Below are positions 25,343 through 39,602 of a stretch of DNA of 64,000 nt, piece by piece (positions within the stretch are counted from its first letter, which is position 1; every line of letters begins with the position of its first letter). The notes under the pieces were generated by a model. It did not search any database and was not told the DNA's origin. It saw nothing but the letters and a program-made list of their open reading frames with translations. The DNA is from Octopus vulgaris (lineage: Eukaryota). Location of the stretch: the NCBI GenBank assembly GCA_951406725.2, contig OX597821.1, forward strand, positions 2,604,001 through 2,668,000, given 5' to 3'. The translations under genes and the position numbers were made by a program.

Positions 25343-27629
25343 ACCTATATCTGAGTGAATATGTACCATTGTTAGTTGTTTATGTGAAATTGACGAGAGA
25401 TCATTTGCGCTAACGCTAAGAAAATCAACTTAACAAATATGATATTAAAATTCAAAAAAATTGGAACCGGGCTCAAACTGAATGGTGGATATCATCTTTG
25501 GTAATTAAGTGTTTACTCAAAGATTTCCGTACATATTTAGCTGTTATTAGACATCCTCTCCGAAACAGCGTCTTACTACTGTTTACTTATACATCGTTAT
25601 GGCCAGAGTCTGTAAATTCTAAGTGAAAACACCAGTCATTAATTGGGCAATTAATGGTATGGAAAATATTTCCCAGTGATTTCTTTTGCACGAAGATTAT
25701 TGCAGCTGTTCACATAGCATTGACAAGACTTATAAATTAAACTATTTATTTTTGTTTACGATGTGGATGTAATTTATCATGGATTAAACGACCTTAGTCT
25801 CTTTTTAATACTAAACGCTTTCCTCATAAATGTCCATATTGTTATTCAATATGTTCCTCTCCCTATTTCCTCTTGGACTGGGACATCAGTGACACAACTT
25901 TGAGGACACGTGACTGGATAATGAAGAAAGTTGAGGCAGGATTAATTTGGTTTTGTTATTGTTTTGTGAAGGCATACCACTGCAGTAACTGCATAACGAT
26001 AGATAAATGTGTGTCATTTATGAGTGAAATATCTTTGCGTGATGCTGTCTTTCTTCGGTGGGATAAATACTGCGTGAATCGGCTCATGCTGACTGGGCAG
26101 CGACTGCATCAAACGCAAAGACATTAAGCATATTTCGAGGACATTTATGTCAGATAAGGCCTTTCTATTACTATTATGGTAGTACTTGCAGTGCTATACT
26201 ATTATGGCCGTACTTGCAGTATTACTAGCATGAATGACTTTAATAAACTGCTAACGTGAACCGGAATACAATCTCACTAGAATTAAAGCTACAACTTTCT
26301 ACTCAAAGTTGATAGGAATGAGTGCATCCATACTTATTGACGTGTTAAGTCATGGTCGCACTGACGACTTGACAAGGGGCTCCACGAGTAGGGGGTGGGC
26401 TCCAATACTGATCTCGGCATGCTTTGTTTAACAGTCGAAAAATGAATACTATACAGCCTAGTTCATTGAATTTCATGGACGTCAACAATGTTGCTAAGAC
26501 AGTCCTGTGTGTAAAAGTAAGTATGCAATGATCTTGTGTTAGTTTTAACGATGAGGATACATCTGCTTCATCAGTCGAATTACTCGCCGGAGAATTTCGC
26601 ATATAAGTGGGTGAGTGTTTCATTAAACTTGACGCCATCGTTTTAACGCTATTGCCGGCAAGAAGTAGCGGAAGAAAACAAGTTACTGGATTAGGCCATC
26701 GGATAGCAGGTGCAATTAAATCCACCCGACGGATTTCTACTAAGCTTCTGTCTGCCGAAGTTTGCTCAACATGTTAGGTCTGACTGAGGTACATGTAAAA
26801 TACAGTTCTCCAAGTTCCCACACTGTGGGATAAAATCGACGCATGTGGATTGCAAAACAGGAATTCAAAGTTTACTGTGTACATACAAAGACATCGGAAG
26901 AGGGTAACGTCATAGAGAGAACAATTCCCAATTAAAAACAATATATAGAATATACGATGTATGTACATACATGCAGACAAACAAAAATACCCTGTTGTTG
27001 AAATTCCATTGAAGCAACCTTTATTCCAATGAAGGAACCATTATTGTACAAGAGCCAGTACAATAATGTAATGAATCCGTTATAAGTTTCTAAAGATATT
27101 AATATATTTTTCTTCTCGGCATAACGTAAATCCTTCTGCGAATTAAGAAAATATTTAACTCCTGCTTGTACGTTACGAGAAAATATTCTCAGAAGACTCA
27201 AGTGTGAACTTATGCATTCAGTAACAACTTTCAGTCAGACACATTGGTGCTTCATACACACGTTAATTACACTACTATACGGAAAATATAGTATTCATTA
27301 AAAGTTATATGTGAAATTATGTCATACAAAACAAAATATAAAAGTCAAGTTTCAGCAGTTTTCGCTTCTCACGTCATAAACTGAATTGAAGGTTTATTTA
27401 GGTCTATTTGAAGGTTAAATATTGCCTAAGTAGACCATTGTTGAAACTATCAACTTGCATCAGTGATGTTCGTTTTTACTCTTCTCTTGGGGTGGGAATT
27501 TAATTTATAATAGTTTCGTAGCTCGTTTATTATAGTAATTTAATTTTTGAAGACAGTGGCCGCAGGAAGTCTTTTATAGAGTTGAATTAACATAATCAAG
27601 CCATTCCATGTTTAATCACTAAAATACCT

Positions 27630-27669
<40 letters not shown>

Positions 27670-27715
27670 CCACACATACTCTCTTTCCCTTTAAGTCAAC
27701 CTGGTAAACACTTTT

Positions 27716-27759
27716 ACTTCCCTGATGAGATATAATATGCCTGAAACATATCTCGAAGT
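27716..27759 (+). ncRNA. Degenerate hammerhead motif
   Basis: acttc c CTGATGA gatataatatgcct GAAA catat c TC gaagt; stem I acttc/gaagt; stems II and III damaged. Confidence 0.35.
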
Positions 27760-28483
27760 GTTACCTTACTGCCATAGAGCAGCCACCCGAATACCTGGCC
27801 TAAATTCTATTTATAATAAGTTAAACTAAACCGTAGCCAATTAGATGTTTTTTTTCTTTTTACCTGACTATAAATGGCTATTACGTTAATGAATCTATCA
27901 CCTCAAATATCGTGGAAATTCAATTCATTTTAATTACTTCACTCATTACATTAAATATGATAGACCATCTATAGGCAACAAGTAAAATTTCGAAACGTTG
28001 ATTATTTTATGTAAGAGCTGTTAGGTTAAACAATACTTGAAACAATAATCTTTATTTAAACTTCATCGAAATTCACGCAGGGAAACCAAAACTGCAAGTA
28101 TTACGATTACTGCAAACGTATGTTCTATTTTCTAATATGCAGCACAGCAAAATTTAATTTAAATGCAATATTGTTCTGTCGAAGAGAAACGAACACTTTC
28201 TGGAAGCGTCAGAAGTGAGAACTTCAAAATATATCAGGAAATAAACAAATATAAAATCAAATAATAATATAACACGTTTTACCTTCTTTGCTGAACAATA
28301 AATTTGACACGTCTTAGCTTCTAGTTCTACCTTGTGTGGTTGACTGACTAACAAATTATATAAACGTATGTAACACGTGTCATGTTTGCAAGAATAAATG
28401 ACTGGTTGTGTGCTTCTTTTACACAAATTCACACACATGCATATAGGAACACGTACACGCACACACACACAAACATATGTGTG

Positions 28484-28560
<77 letters not shown>

Positions 28561-28899
28561 AAGAAACAGAGAGAGAGACATATACACATATATGTATATT
28601 TTTATGTATATATATATATATATTTATATAACTTATACAAATGCATATATATGTATATATAAAATGCACCTAAAATATAAACATGTCGAAATAATTGACA
28701 GCATCTAATTTATGTCTTATACAATCCGAAAACACATTTTATTCCGTTTTTTGACACTTTTTGTATCACTTAATGACGTAACACTCTTAGCATTCCGGGC
28801 TATAAAAGTAATAATAGACATTCCTATATGGATCAAATTAATACACACATATATGTGTGTATATATGAATGGATGCATGTTTGTTTATTTATATTTGTA

Positions 28900-28951
<52 letters not shown>

Positions 28952-29257
28952 AAAAAGGGTGGAATATAATTAATTTAATAAAATTAATAAATTTCACCTA
29001 GTAGATTTATCGGTATGGAAAAGACCATATTTGGTAAGGTTTATAATAATTATAATTAAGGGTTAATTGCAACAAGTTGCTCAAAATCACATACCGAAAA
29101 TATTAGAAATAGCAGCCAAATTGATCACTATTTCTCCTACAAATATAAAGTCTCCACGAACAAACAGAACTTGTTACCTGTATATGGCAAAAAAGGAAGA
29201 AAATAACGAAATCCCAGCCTATGGATTACTTATAGACGAATCGTTTCTGGATTAGAA

Positions 29258-29312
<55 letters not shown>

Positions 29313-29534
29313 ATGTGTGTGTGTGTGTATATACATGCTTGTGTCTGTATGTGTTTGCTTATGTATGCGTGATTCATGTATACATTATCTATATAAATGC
29401 ATTTGCGTGGGACTTGGTGCTTTCCTCAATTTTAATCTGTATTTTATTACCATATCTATACTATGGCTGATTTTACGCTAAAGTACAAAGGTACGTAAGC
29501 TTCGGAAATTATTCTTCACATGTTACATACTCCT

Positions 29535-29742
29535 TACTCTTTTACTTGTTTCAGTCATGTGACTGTGGCTATGCTGGAGCACCGCCTTAGTCGATCATAT
29601 CAAGCCCAGGACTTATTGTTTGTAAGCCTGGTACTTATTTTATTGGTCTCTTTTTGCCGAACCGCTAAGTTACGGGGACGTAAACACACCAGCATCGGTT
29701 GTCAAGCCATGTTGGGGGCACAAACAGAGACACACAAACACG

Positions 29743-29800
<58 letters not shown>

Positions 29801-29965
29801 TACGACGGGCTTCCTTCAATTTCCGTCTACCAAATCCACTCACAATGCTTTGGTCGGCCCGAGGCTATAGTAGAAGACACTTACCCAAGGTGCCACTCAG
29901 TGGGACTGAACCCGGAACAATGTGGTTCGTAAGCAAGCTACTTACCACACAGCCATTCTTGCGCC
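29535..29965 (-). mobile_element. Family-A SINE, full length
   Basis: ggcgcaagaatggctgtgtggtaag head on the minus strand, B box, internal (CA)/(TA) run. Confidence 0.9.
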
Positions 29966-31123
29966 TTATGTTTCAAATTATTCATTCAAATATTCTGCAA
30001 TTATTTGCTGATGCGCCTGATATTTCTCTCATTTTTTATCATTTTCAAATAAAACTTCCACCCACTGCAATTTCCATCAATATTTAACGTTGATATGCAA
30101 TTTATAAAATTTCAAAATTAATTCTCACTATTTAGTTTGTTGAAATATTTGATATCACAACGTTGATATCAATGTGGTGTAACCTTTTAATTATTCACCC
30201 TTATATCCATGCCATTTGAACAGCCCTATGATGAAAAACGCTGCGGTTGTGGCCATTCAGACAGTCCTTTATAATTCTGCGTATTTAATGATGCAAGTAG
30301 GATTGAAGACAGATATACCTTTTATTTGTATCCCAAAATTGCCAATATATCATCATTCAATATTCACAGCAGCAAATCTTATTACTTTTTAAACGTTGTC
30401 TATTGCACCTAATGCGGTTCATCTTTTGTTCTAAACAAAGCGCCATATTCCATGAACTCACGTTTTCGTGTAACAATTGCTGTTTCAGATTTCATATATT
30501 CATATAGAACTGCTTTCTCGCGTTTGTTTCACTATAAACATATTGCGCAGACTTCATTCATCTATCCCCATTTCCTGGATGTTCTTTCTTGCCTGATAAG
30601 TAAAAGATTCATCCATTATTTTCATTGTGCTTATAACGTTTCCCTCTTAACCCATGTGTTGTGAAAATAACTTCATCCACCAAAATGTATTTACCAAAAT
30701 TTATTTCCCTGTGTTGTCCTTTCGGTCTGTATCAACACTGGTGAAGCAAACTTACGATAAAATCCTTTCAGCCATACCCATCTATTTCTGTATATGGTTT
30801 TTGATTATATTATTAGATATGATTAGATTATCCAATGTTGGTTTCTCGGAATTTTTGTCAGGCGGTGGACTGGAAACGTCTCTATGAAATTGTATGCACA
30901 TGTACTCATTACATTACGTATGATTATATTGATGGGGTTAATGTAATCACTTCCAGAAACTTTTGGCTTTCTATGAACGTCTAAAACTTATCATAAAGAC
31001 ATTATTTTTGCATTCACTCATCAGTTGTCCACAATTTAAATTTTAAGGGTTGTCATCGTTTCACAAGATAGCAAACACCTAAGATGTATCTAAGGTATAA
31101 TTTGCAGTAAATGTTTGAACTGC

Positions 31124-31260
31124 GTGAAGTTGCAACCTCGTGAGTAATCATTAGATTTAAATGAAATATGCTTTACGTTGAAACTAATCAAATGTGCGAC
31201 TACTCGTCCGCGTGGCCACTACTGTAAGCATTAGGTTTGCGTCGCGAGGTATAACTTCAC
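31124..31260. mobile_element. Small MITE-like element
   Basis: Imperfect ~19-bp TIRs gtgaagttgcaacctcgtga / tcgcgaggtataacttcac. Confidence 0.45.
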
Positions 31261-31917
31261 AGAGTAATAGTTTGGGAAAGAAAAGATGAATGAAAATGAC
31301 AGAGGTAATGTAAATGAAGATTTGTGGATGGGCAGCAGATAAAGGGAAGGGAAAGTTGAAAAAAGACACAATATTAGAAAGGAGAAATCATTAACAGAAA
31401 GGGAAACATTTAAATGAAAACATCGCAACGCCAGACTTTTAAGCATACATGCAGTGAATGATCGGAGATAACTAGGAATTAACAATAAGGTCTACCTGGA
31501 AATTACTAAAGTATGTGTAAAGAATAAACGAAAGTAACGAGAGTATGAATGAAGCGGTTATCGTATAATGGAAACAAGTATATATTAAAAAAAGCAATAA
31601 CGTTAATTCTGACAAAATGTGATAACACTAATTGAGACTCTTTAAAAGAAACGGTTATAAAAACCTAATCATGTCGAAACACCTGCATCCCTGAATACCT
31701 TGCTATAATGAATCGAGTGTGTTAGGAAGACATTCGTTGTAAATGAATTGTATTCTGTGATGAACAGAGAGTAACATAGTAACTGCCGGAAAGTATTACT
31801 AATAAATGTGCAAATCTTCGTTCGTAATAATTATAGTTGTATAGGTTACAAATGTTTGTTGTACAGTACTGATTAGTAAGGTTCTAGTGGAAAATGATAT
31901 AGTAAAAGTGGTGACAT

Positions 31918-32256
31918 GGCGGTGAGCTGGCAGAAACGTTAGAGGTCGACTTTGCCTTTCATTCTTACGGGGTCGATAAATTAAGTACCAGTTACGCACT
32001 GGGGTCGATATAATCGATTTAATCCGTTTGTCTGTCCTTGTTTGTCCTCTCTGTGTTTAGCCCCTTGTGGGTAATAAAGAAATAGGTATTTCGTATGTCT
32101 TTACATTCTAAGTTTAAATTCCGCCGATGTTGACTTTCGTTTTCATCCTTGAGGGGGTTGATAAATTAAGTACCACTTGCGTACTGGGCTCGATCTAATC
32201 GACTGGTTCTCTCCCCAAAAATGTCGGGCCCTGCACCTTGAGTAGAAAAAGAATAA
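31918..32256 (+). mobile_element. Family-B dimeric tRNA-derived SINE (Meta-domain-like core), internal deletion
   Basis: ggcggtgagctggcagaaacgttag head; gcctttcat...ggggtcgataaattaagtacca core twice. Confidence 0.85.
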
Positions 32257-33051
32257 CATAGCAAATCATGCAGATTTGTGAAGAGTTAGAGGAAGGGGGG
32301 AGATTTAGTGAATTTGTATACGTAAAACTTGAAATTTTTCATGGAAGCACTTTCACATTTGCGTATTTAAAGACAACTCAAATTAATTGTATGAGACTGT
32401 ATGGCTGCAATTGAGATTTCAAATCTAGGTTGGAAGAGACGAAGTATATTTTCAGTAAATGTCTTTAAAAGAAATAGGTAGGTGTCAGATATGTCTGCTT
32501 TTGAACGAATTAACAATACACTACAACCTCATTCTCCGTTTAAGACATACAAGATCAAATGATATCGGGAATATCTCTTAGTGACACTACTCAACTATTT
32601 TCTCCAATTCGATAACAGCCCGTCAATAAACGCTGGAATATACCGAATGAGTATATTCAAATGTCAAAAGTGTCATTGATTTAAATAGTGATTTGAATGT
32701 TTTCTTGACAGGGTTTGAAATCTATACATATGTAACGATTATTTGATTATGCAACAAGTAAAACGCATATTCTGTGTCAATTCAATAGATAGATTCAATA
32801 GGTTCACTTCGTGAGAAGAGGGTTACTTTACATAAAACAAGAAGGCAAGCACCTGTTCTTTGATTTGGTCACACGATAAGGCATTTTCAGCATGTGTTTT
32901 CTACTATAGCACCAGGGAGACTAAAGCCGTGTACGTTTACTTGCTAACCGAAAACTGGGACAGCACGTAGTACACACATACAGACACACAAACACAAACA
33001 AACACACACACACTCACACGCATATATTTATATATATATAATATATATGTA

Positions 33052-33118
<67 letters not shown>

Positions 33119-33745
33119 GTACATATGTGTATGTCTGTTTCTGCGCTCTATTTCTTCACGATCGTCGCATGGAAACAGACGTTGGTTGACGTGAATTATC
33201 CGATTAAGTTCTTCACACCAGTGCCCCAGCCCGACCGTACAACAGAGCCTGCGTGTATTTCAACGTGTGTGAGACAGAAATAGTTTAATTGCTTTATTCA
33301 AAGACATACAGGCTAAAATTTTTGTATGTATAAATTCCTCACATCTTACATGCTTTAAAACATCACTTCAGGCATCGGTATGCACATACAGTCTAAATCA
33401 CGCTCAGATCTACGCACATACACACTTTACATACCAATTTATATTTGCGCAGCAAAATGCAGCCGTGTCTACAATAACTTTTATAAATATTGTACTAACT
33501 TGTCAATATGTCTGACATATTGCAGGTACAAATGCAAGACAGACGAATCAAATGTGTCTTTCTTATAGTATAGATTGCACGAGCATATCGATCACGATAT
33601 CTCACTTAGTGAACTTGGTCGTGACATTATTGACATTAGATTTTCTCAGGCTCTTATTTGAAGCAAATATCAGTTATTTAATGTGTATTTTCACACTGTT
33701 CAAGATGTAAATATATCATCTATCTATTATCTTACTTTCACTCTC

Positions 33746-33790
<45 letters not shown>

Positions 33791-34319
33791 ATATATATAT
33801 GTATATATATATATATACATATATCAGCCTCTAAGCCTCTATGTATGCTGATCTGTATACCTACCTATCCATCGCCATATATCTCTATATATGTGTGTGT
33901 GTGTGTTTGTATGTGTGTGCGAGATTATGCATATACGCATATATATACTATGGTACATATATCCTTACATGATTATAAGTACGCAAGGCGCCTATGGAAA
34001 AGAGCGACACACACATATCTTTTTTAATAATAGATATAATTATATATTTTTTAATAATATATGCTCCATTTAAAGCGACTTAACCTAAGCAATTGTCCGC
34101 AAAAACATGGATCGAACTACGGGGATTTCAACACAACATCAATACTTACATGGCTCCGTTCGTACCAATTTCAGCCACATAGGCCCCACCATCAATTCAA
34201 TTTCAGCCGATTGTATCGATAATTTTAGTCTAGTATATACATTTATAGATTTGTGAACATACCTGAAGGTTGTAAATTATATATATATATATATATATAT
34301 ATTTACATATACATACAAA

Positions 34320-34480
34320 AGCACAGTTGCAGCTTTGTGGTTAGAAAGTTATTTCTAGACAACATTGTTGTGGATTCAGTCCCACTGCGATGGCAACTGC
34401 GGAAAACTTATTACAAGACAACCATGGACTGATAAAATTCTTGTTTATCTGTTACTCGGAAACCGAAAGGTGTCTGTCCT
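34320..34480 (+). mobile_element. Degenerate 5' half of family-A SINE
   Basis: tgtggttag, ggattcagtcccactgcg, cggaaaccgaaag. Confidence 0.55.
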
Positions 34481-34503
34481 ATATATGTATATGCATATGT
34501 ATG

Positions 34504-34580
<77 letters not shown>

Positions 34581-34601
34581 ATATGTATATGTATATATAT
34601 T

Positions 34602-34640
<39 letters not shown>

Positions 34641-34657
34641 CTATGTGCATACACCCC

Positions 34658-34723
<66 letters not shown>

Positions 34724-34880
34724 CTCTCCTCGTTCCTTTCTTCGTTCCCTTCTGTGCGAGAGCGTAAGCTCGAAACGTTAAAGACTTTTTCACTTCCCGA
34801 GCGTTAGACTAATACAGCTGTTTGTTGTCTACACCACCTGTCTTCATCTTTCGTTTTTTTTTGTGAATTTTCTTCCATAT
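34724..34880 (+). mobile_element. Short Penelope-type 3' fragment with degenerate hammerhead
   Basis: Between (TA)n and (GATA)n; ctgtgcga gagc gtaa gctc GAAA cg TT. Confidence 0.45.
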
Positions 34881-34883
34881 CTA

Positions 34884-34884
34884 T

Positions 34885-34937
<53 letters not shown>

Positions 34938-34952
34938 GAGAGATATAGATAA

Positions 34953-35047
<95 letters not shown>
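34884..35047. repeat. (GATA)n microsatellite
   Basis: Tetranucleotide run. Confidence 0.97.
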
Positions 35048-35957
35048 TGTATATATATATGTATATATGTATATATACATACATATAATACACGCATACA
35101 TGCTCACACTCTCTCACATACTTTCATACGTATATGTGTGCGTGCTTGCAGAAATGTTTACGTGCATGTTCTATTATGTCTATTTCGTTTATTTACGGAT
35201 CTACGTCATAATTCAGTATTTTTCCTAGACTTAGTTTCTTTGTTGAAGTCAGAGAATATTGCAAATGATGTCATTATTCTTGGCATATGACTTACTGGAA
35301 TTACAAATGCCTCTAAATATCATTACAGAAGCTCAATGTCAAAAAAATAAGATATCTCTGAAACTGTGTACTCAGAGTGACTCCTGATACAAAAGTACAA
35401 ATACAAAGACATAAAATGATACACGGTCATATACAATCGGAAATGCCGGTGGTGATGGTTATTCTCTACTTTCAATCAAATCGATCTCACTAAATCATGT
35501 TTGTCAGGTAAATTCATAAACTGTATACTTCCTTCACATTTGATACGAGATTGAGTCTCTATTCATATTTAATCTTCAGATACCTGTCCGATATTTATAA
35601 AGGATCGTTATACATTTTGGTACAGACGTCATGTTTTACCGATTACATATTTATATATTTTTATACATTTATTTCGCTCTAATTCTACGTTATTTTTACT
35701 AAGTCACTTTTGTATGATATTTATTTTATGATACAGCATCAATCCATTTCACATCAGTGCTATTTACTTAAAAAGTTATACCCGTCTCTATAATCTTGTT
35801 ATTATTTTTTCCTTCTTGGGTTGTCTCTGGCATGTTTTTTTTCCTATCGCACAACTCTTTACATATTTATTGGTTCATTACACGTCCTATTCATATCCTA
35901 GTGGACATCAATCTCTCTGCTTCTCTTTGACTGCATATGAGTGTATCTCTCTATGCA

Positions 35958-36004
<47 letters not shown>

Positions 36005-36042
36005 CATATATACAAATATACGTTTATATAAGTATACATGTG

Positions 36043-36100
<58 letters not shown>

Positions 36101-36269
36101 TATACGTATATAAACGTATATTTGTATATATGCGTGAGTATCTATATATATATATATATATGTATGTACATATGCAGAATTATATTCATGTATAAAGTAT
36201 ATACATATACACATATAGGTGTGTATATGGGTTTCCTTATGTGCTTGCATGTATGTATATATTTATTTA

Positions 36270-36334
<65 letters not shown>

Positions 36335-36611
36335 TACATATAACTGCGTGCGCGTGTGTGTGTGGATGTATAAATATATATACTATTCATACAAACACAC
36401 ACACACACATACACTAATTTATACGATTTTGTTCTCGTTATTCAGGGCAAATTTCCCTGTATTCTGCCGAAATTCTTGCAAGTCATCAGAATCTTTGCAA
36501 ATGTATCTTTCTTGCTTTTTTCTAATCTGTTTCCATCCTTCTCTTCTTCCTGCTGTCCTTCCTCCCCTCTTTTTTTCTTCTCTGCCTCTCGACCTCCATT
36601 ACTCAAGAATT

Positions 36612-36905
36612 CTCTTCTTCTTCTTCTTCTTCTTCTTCTTCTTCTTCTTCTTCTTCTTCTTCTTCTTCTTCTTCTTCTTTTTCTTCTTCTTCTTCTTCTT
36701 CTTCTTTTTTCTTTTTCTTCTTCTTGCTCTTTTTCTTCTTCTTCTTCTTCTTCTTCTTCTTCTTCTTCTCCTCCTCTTCCTCCTCCTCCCCTTCTTCTTC
36801 TTCTTCTTCTTCTTCTTCTTCTCTCCCTCCTCCACTTCTTTTTTTCCTGTTCTTCTTCTTGTTCTTGTTCTTCTTGTTCTTGTTCTTCTTCTTCTTCTTC
36901 ATCTT
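36612..36905. repeat. (TTC)n microsatellite
   Basis: Trinucleotide run. Confidence 0.97.
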
Positions 36906-37347
36906 CTAGACGATGCTATTGTTGTTGTTGTTGTTGTTATCATTATTAATATAGTGTTCCAGCAATGGAGACTAGTAGATGAGATCTGGTCTCTTACGAC
37001 CATTTTTTTAAACAATTTTCTCCATTTTCTATTCGACATTCATCGCTGTTACTTGTAATTTAACAAGCGAATGTACAAATCTTTTTCCTAAACAAAATCC
37101 TTCACTAGATCTCGAAGCTTTAGTATTTCATTCAGCCCTCCCCTGTTTTCTTCTTATAATTGTTCTTGTTGACAATAGTGGTACTAATACTTATTCCGTT
37201 TAGTGACGTTGTATTCATAAAGACATTATCTATGTTTATATACAGTGTCCTGATAAGACATTATCGAATACATACTCTTTCTTACTATGAATATTTAATA
37301 GAATAAATCTATAAATTTGAACCTATTCTTTCCCTACAAGTTGAAAA

Positions 37348-37800
37348 ATATTGGTTTCTAATTTTGGCACAAAGCCAACAATTTCGGGGGAGACGCTAAA
37401 TCGATTAACTCGACCCCAGTGCTCAACTGGTACTTATTTCATACGTCCCCGAGGGGATAAAAAAGCAAAGTTAACCCCGGTGGAATTTGAAACTAGAAAG
37501 TAAAGACGGACGAAATTCTGCTGGGCATTTTGTCCGGTGTTCTAACGATTCTGCCAGCTCACCGTCTTTTGCAAGTCGAGCAATATTGATTTCAAGTTTT
37601 GGCACACGGCTAACAATTTCGTGGGAGGCGTTAAGTCGATTACATTGACTACTTTGTTCAACTCGTATTTGTTTTCTCGGCCCCAATATGGTGAAAGCCA
37701 AACACGTCCTTGATGTAATCTGAACTCAGAAAGTGAGGGCAGATGAAATGGCTCTAAGCATTTTGTCAGGCATTTTATCGATTTTGCTAGCACGTTACCA
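37348..37800 (-). mobile_element. Two tandem degenerate family-B SINEs
   Basis: ttttggcaca tails at about 37362 and 37597; ctgccagctcacc head at about 37563. Confidence 0.75.
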
Positions 37801-39566
37801 GTTTACCTATTATCGCACGTTCACGCAAATCTTCCTATTCCTTCCGCTAATGATACGGAGTAAGTAATTCGCAGACCACCTTTAGAGAAAGAGAAAGAGA
37901 AAGAGAGAGAGAGACAGAGAGAGAAAAACAGAGAGAGAGAGTGCGAAAGAGATTGAATGAGAGAGAGGAGGGATTTTACATTTTCAGTATGTAAGTATTT
38001 ATGAAAGACTAATCGATTCAAGTTATATTTCCTTAACAATTTGTACCAGACCACCGCACCAATCGATTTAGTGAATATCGTTCGGTCGTTTGTGCAAAAT
38101 GGTTGACTGACTAAAAGGATGACCAGTTTGCTTTACATTGTCTCGTTTCTTAATTGTTCTGTTGATTTTACAAGATAATCGAAACAAAATAGATAGAAAT
38201 ATATACCATAAATCAAAACAAAAGACGCATGTCTGCCTCTAACGTAAATATCGAACGAAGTTGCATTTATAGAACTTAAATAATAGAGTTTAATTGTAGT
38301 GTTAACTAAACGTGTTGTGTTTATAAGATAGTAATGCATATTGCTTCAATAGATAGTAAGGAAAACCGGTTTTATGGGCAATAATAAAGGAATAAAAGAT
38401 GAAACAAAATCAAGCAGTATATATGTATATATATATATATGTGTGTGTGTATGTGTGTGTGGTGTGTGCGCGCGTGTTTCGAATTGGGCGTCAGATATAG
38501 TCATGTAGTCATTTCTGAGTAAATGCCGGGTGTTGACCTTGTCTCAGTGAATACATGGAATATTGTGGTTTTATTTTTCTAAGGAACAGACATTATATTA
38601 ATAGATCTAGCCATATTCATTACTGTGGTTGGTGTTATTCTTTCGCGCAAACTCAGTTTTATTGTGTTGATATATAATGAAGAGAGTATGTACACTGGAT
38701 CACCCGGTTTCTTTTCATAGACGGTAAATAATTTTGCTTAAACTTAAACATGCATGTCTGTTTACTTTGAAACACATAGTTTTAATATTGCCCAGCTCTA
38801 TTGAGTATAAGACATCGGAAATTAGTAATTTGCAGCTCTAATTCTTAGAATGCTGTTTGAAAAGATATATGATTTCTTGTGGACAGGTTCTACTAGTAGT
38901 TCAAACAAGACTTCATTCAAACAAATTCCAGATAAACAACACGACCCCTATCTACTACAAATTTTCCATCAAATTCACCCTTGCCTGTTCCACTACTTGC
39001 CTTCCATTTTTTTTTTCTACTTCTCTCACCCACTTTCCTTTTCCTACTACTCCCTCACGGCGTATCATGTCTAAGATGTTTTGCGTTCTTGATCAGTTGC
39101 AAACAATTTCTAAAATATAGTCAATCCCCACAAAAAACCCCTCTGTGCCTTTGCTTTATTTACCATTTGTCATTGTCCGGGAGGCAGGATACGCCAGTCG
39201 ACACAGCAATTTCACAAGGTTTATCGATGCGGAACGACAGATAAATCATTGTACTCTATCTCACCGAGCACATATTTGCTGGCGTTTTCAATTATGCGTT
39301 AGTTTTCATTCATGTTATTATGCTGATATTCTATATGCCCTGACAATTGTCAAACTTGTCCTTCTTACACCTACTTCTTACACCTGAGAGCCGTACAATT
39401 GCTGCGTTAATATTTTGACGTATAAGTGTACTAATAAATAAATAAATATATAGAAACAAACAAAGATATAAACATACATAAATACATATATACATATATA
39501 TATATATATAGATATATATATATATATATATATATACGTATAAGTATATTAATATGTATATATTTG

Positions 39567-39602
<36 letters not shown>

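Larger units (their letters stand above)
23395..26227 (+). mobile_element. Decayed Tc1/mariner element with nested insertions
   Basis: TA + cagtgcactgcaagtactaccgtaacagtataagaaagg (23395) and inverted cctttctattactattatggtagtacttgcagtgc (26160-26194, partly duplicated); transposase-like remnants DIIFGN* (25488) and LMVW (25651). Confidence 0.5.

Noticed and set aside
36219-37058. 279-aa ORF
   Set aside because: Runs through (TA)n and (TTC)n repeats
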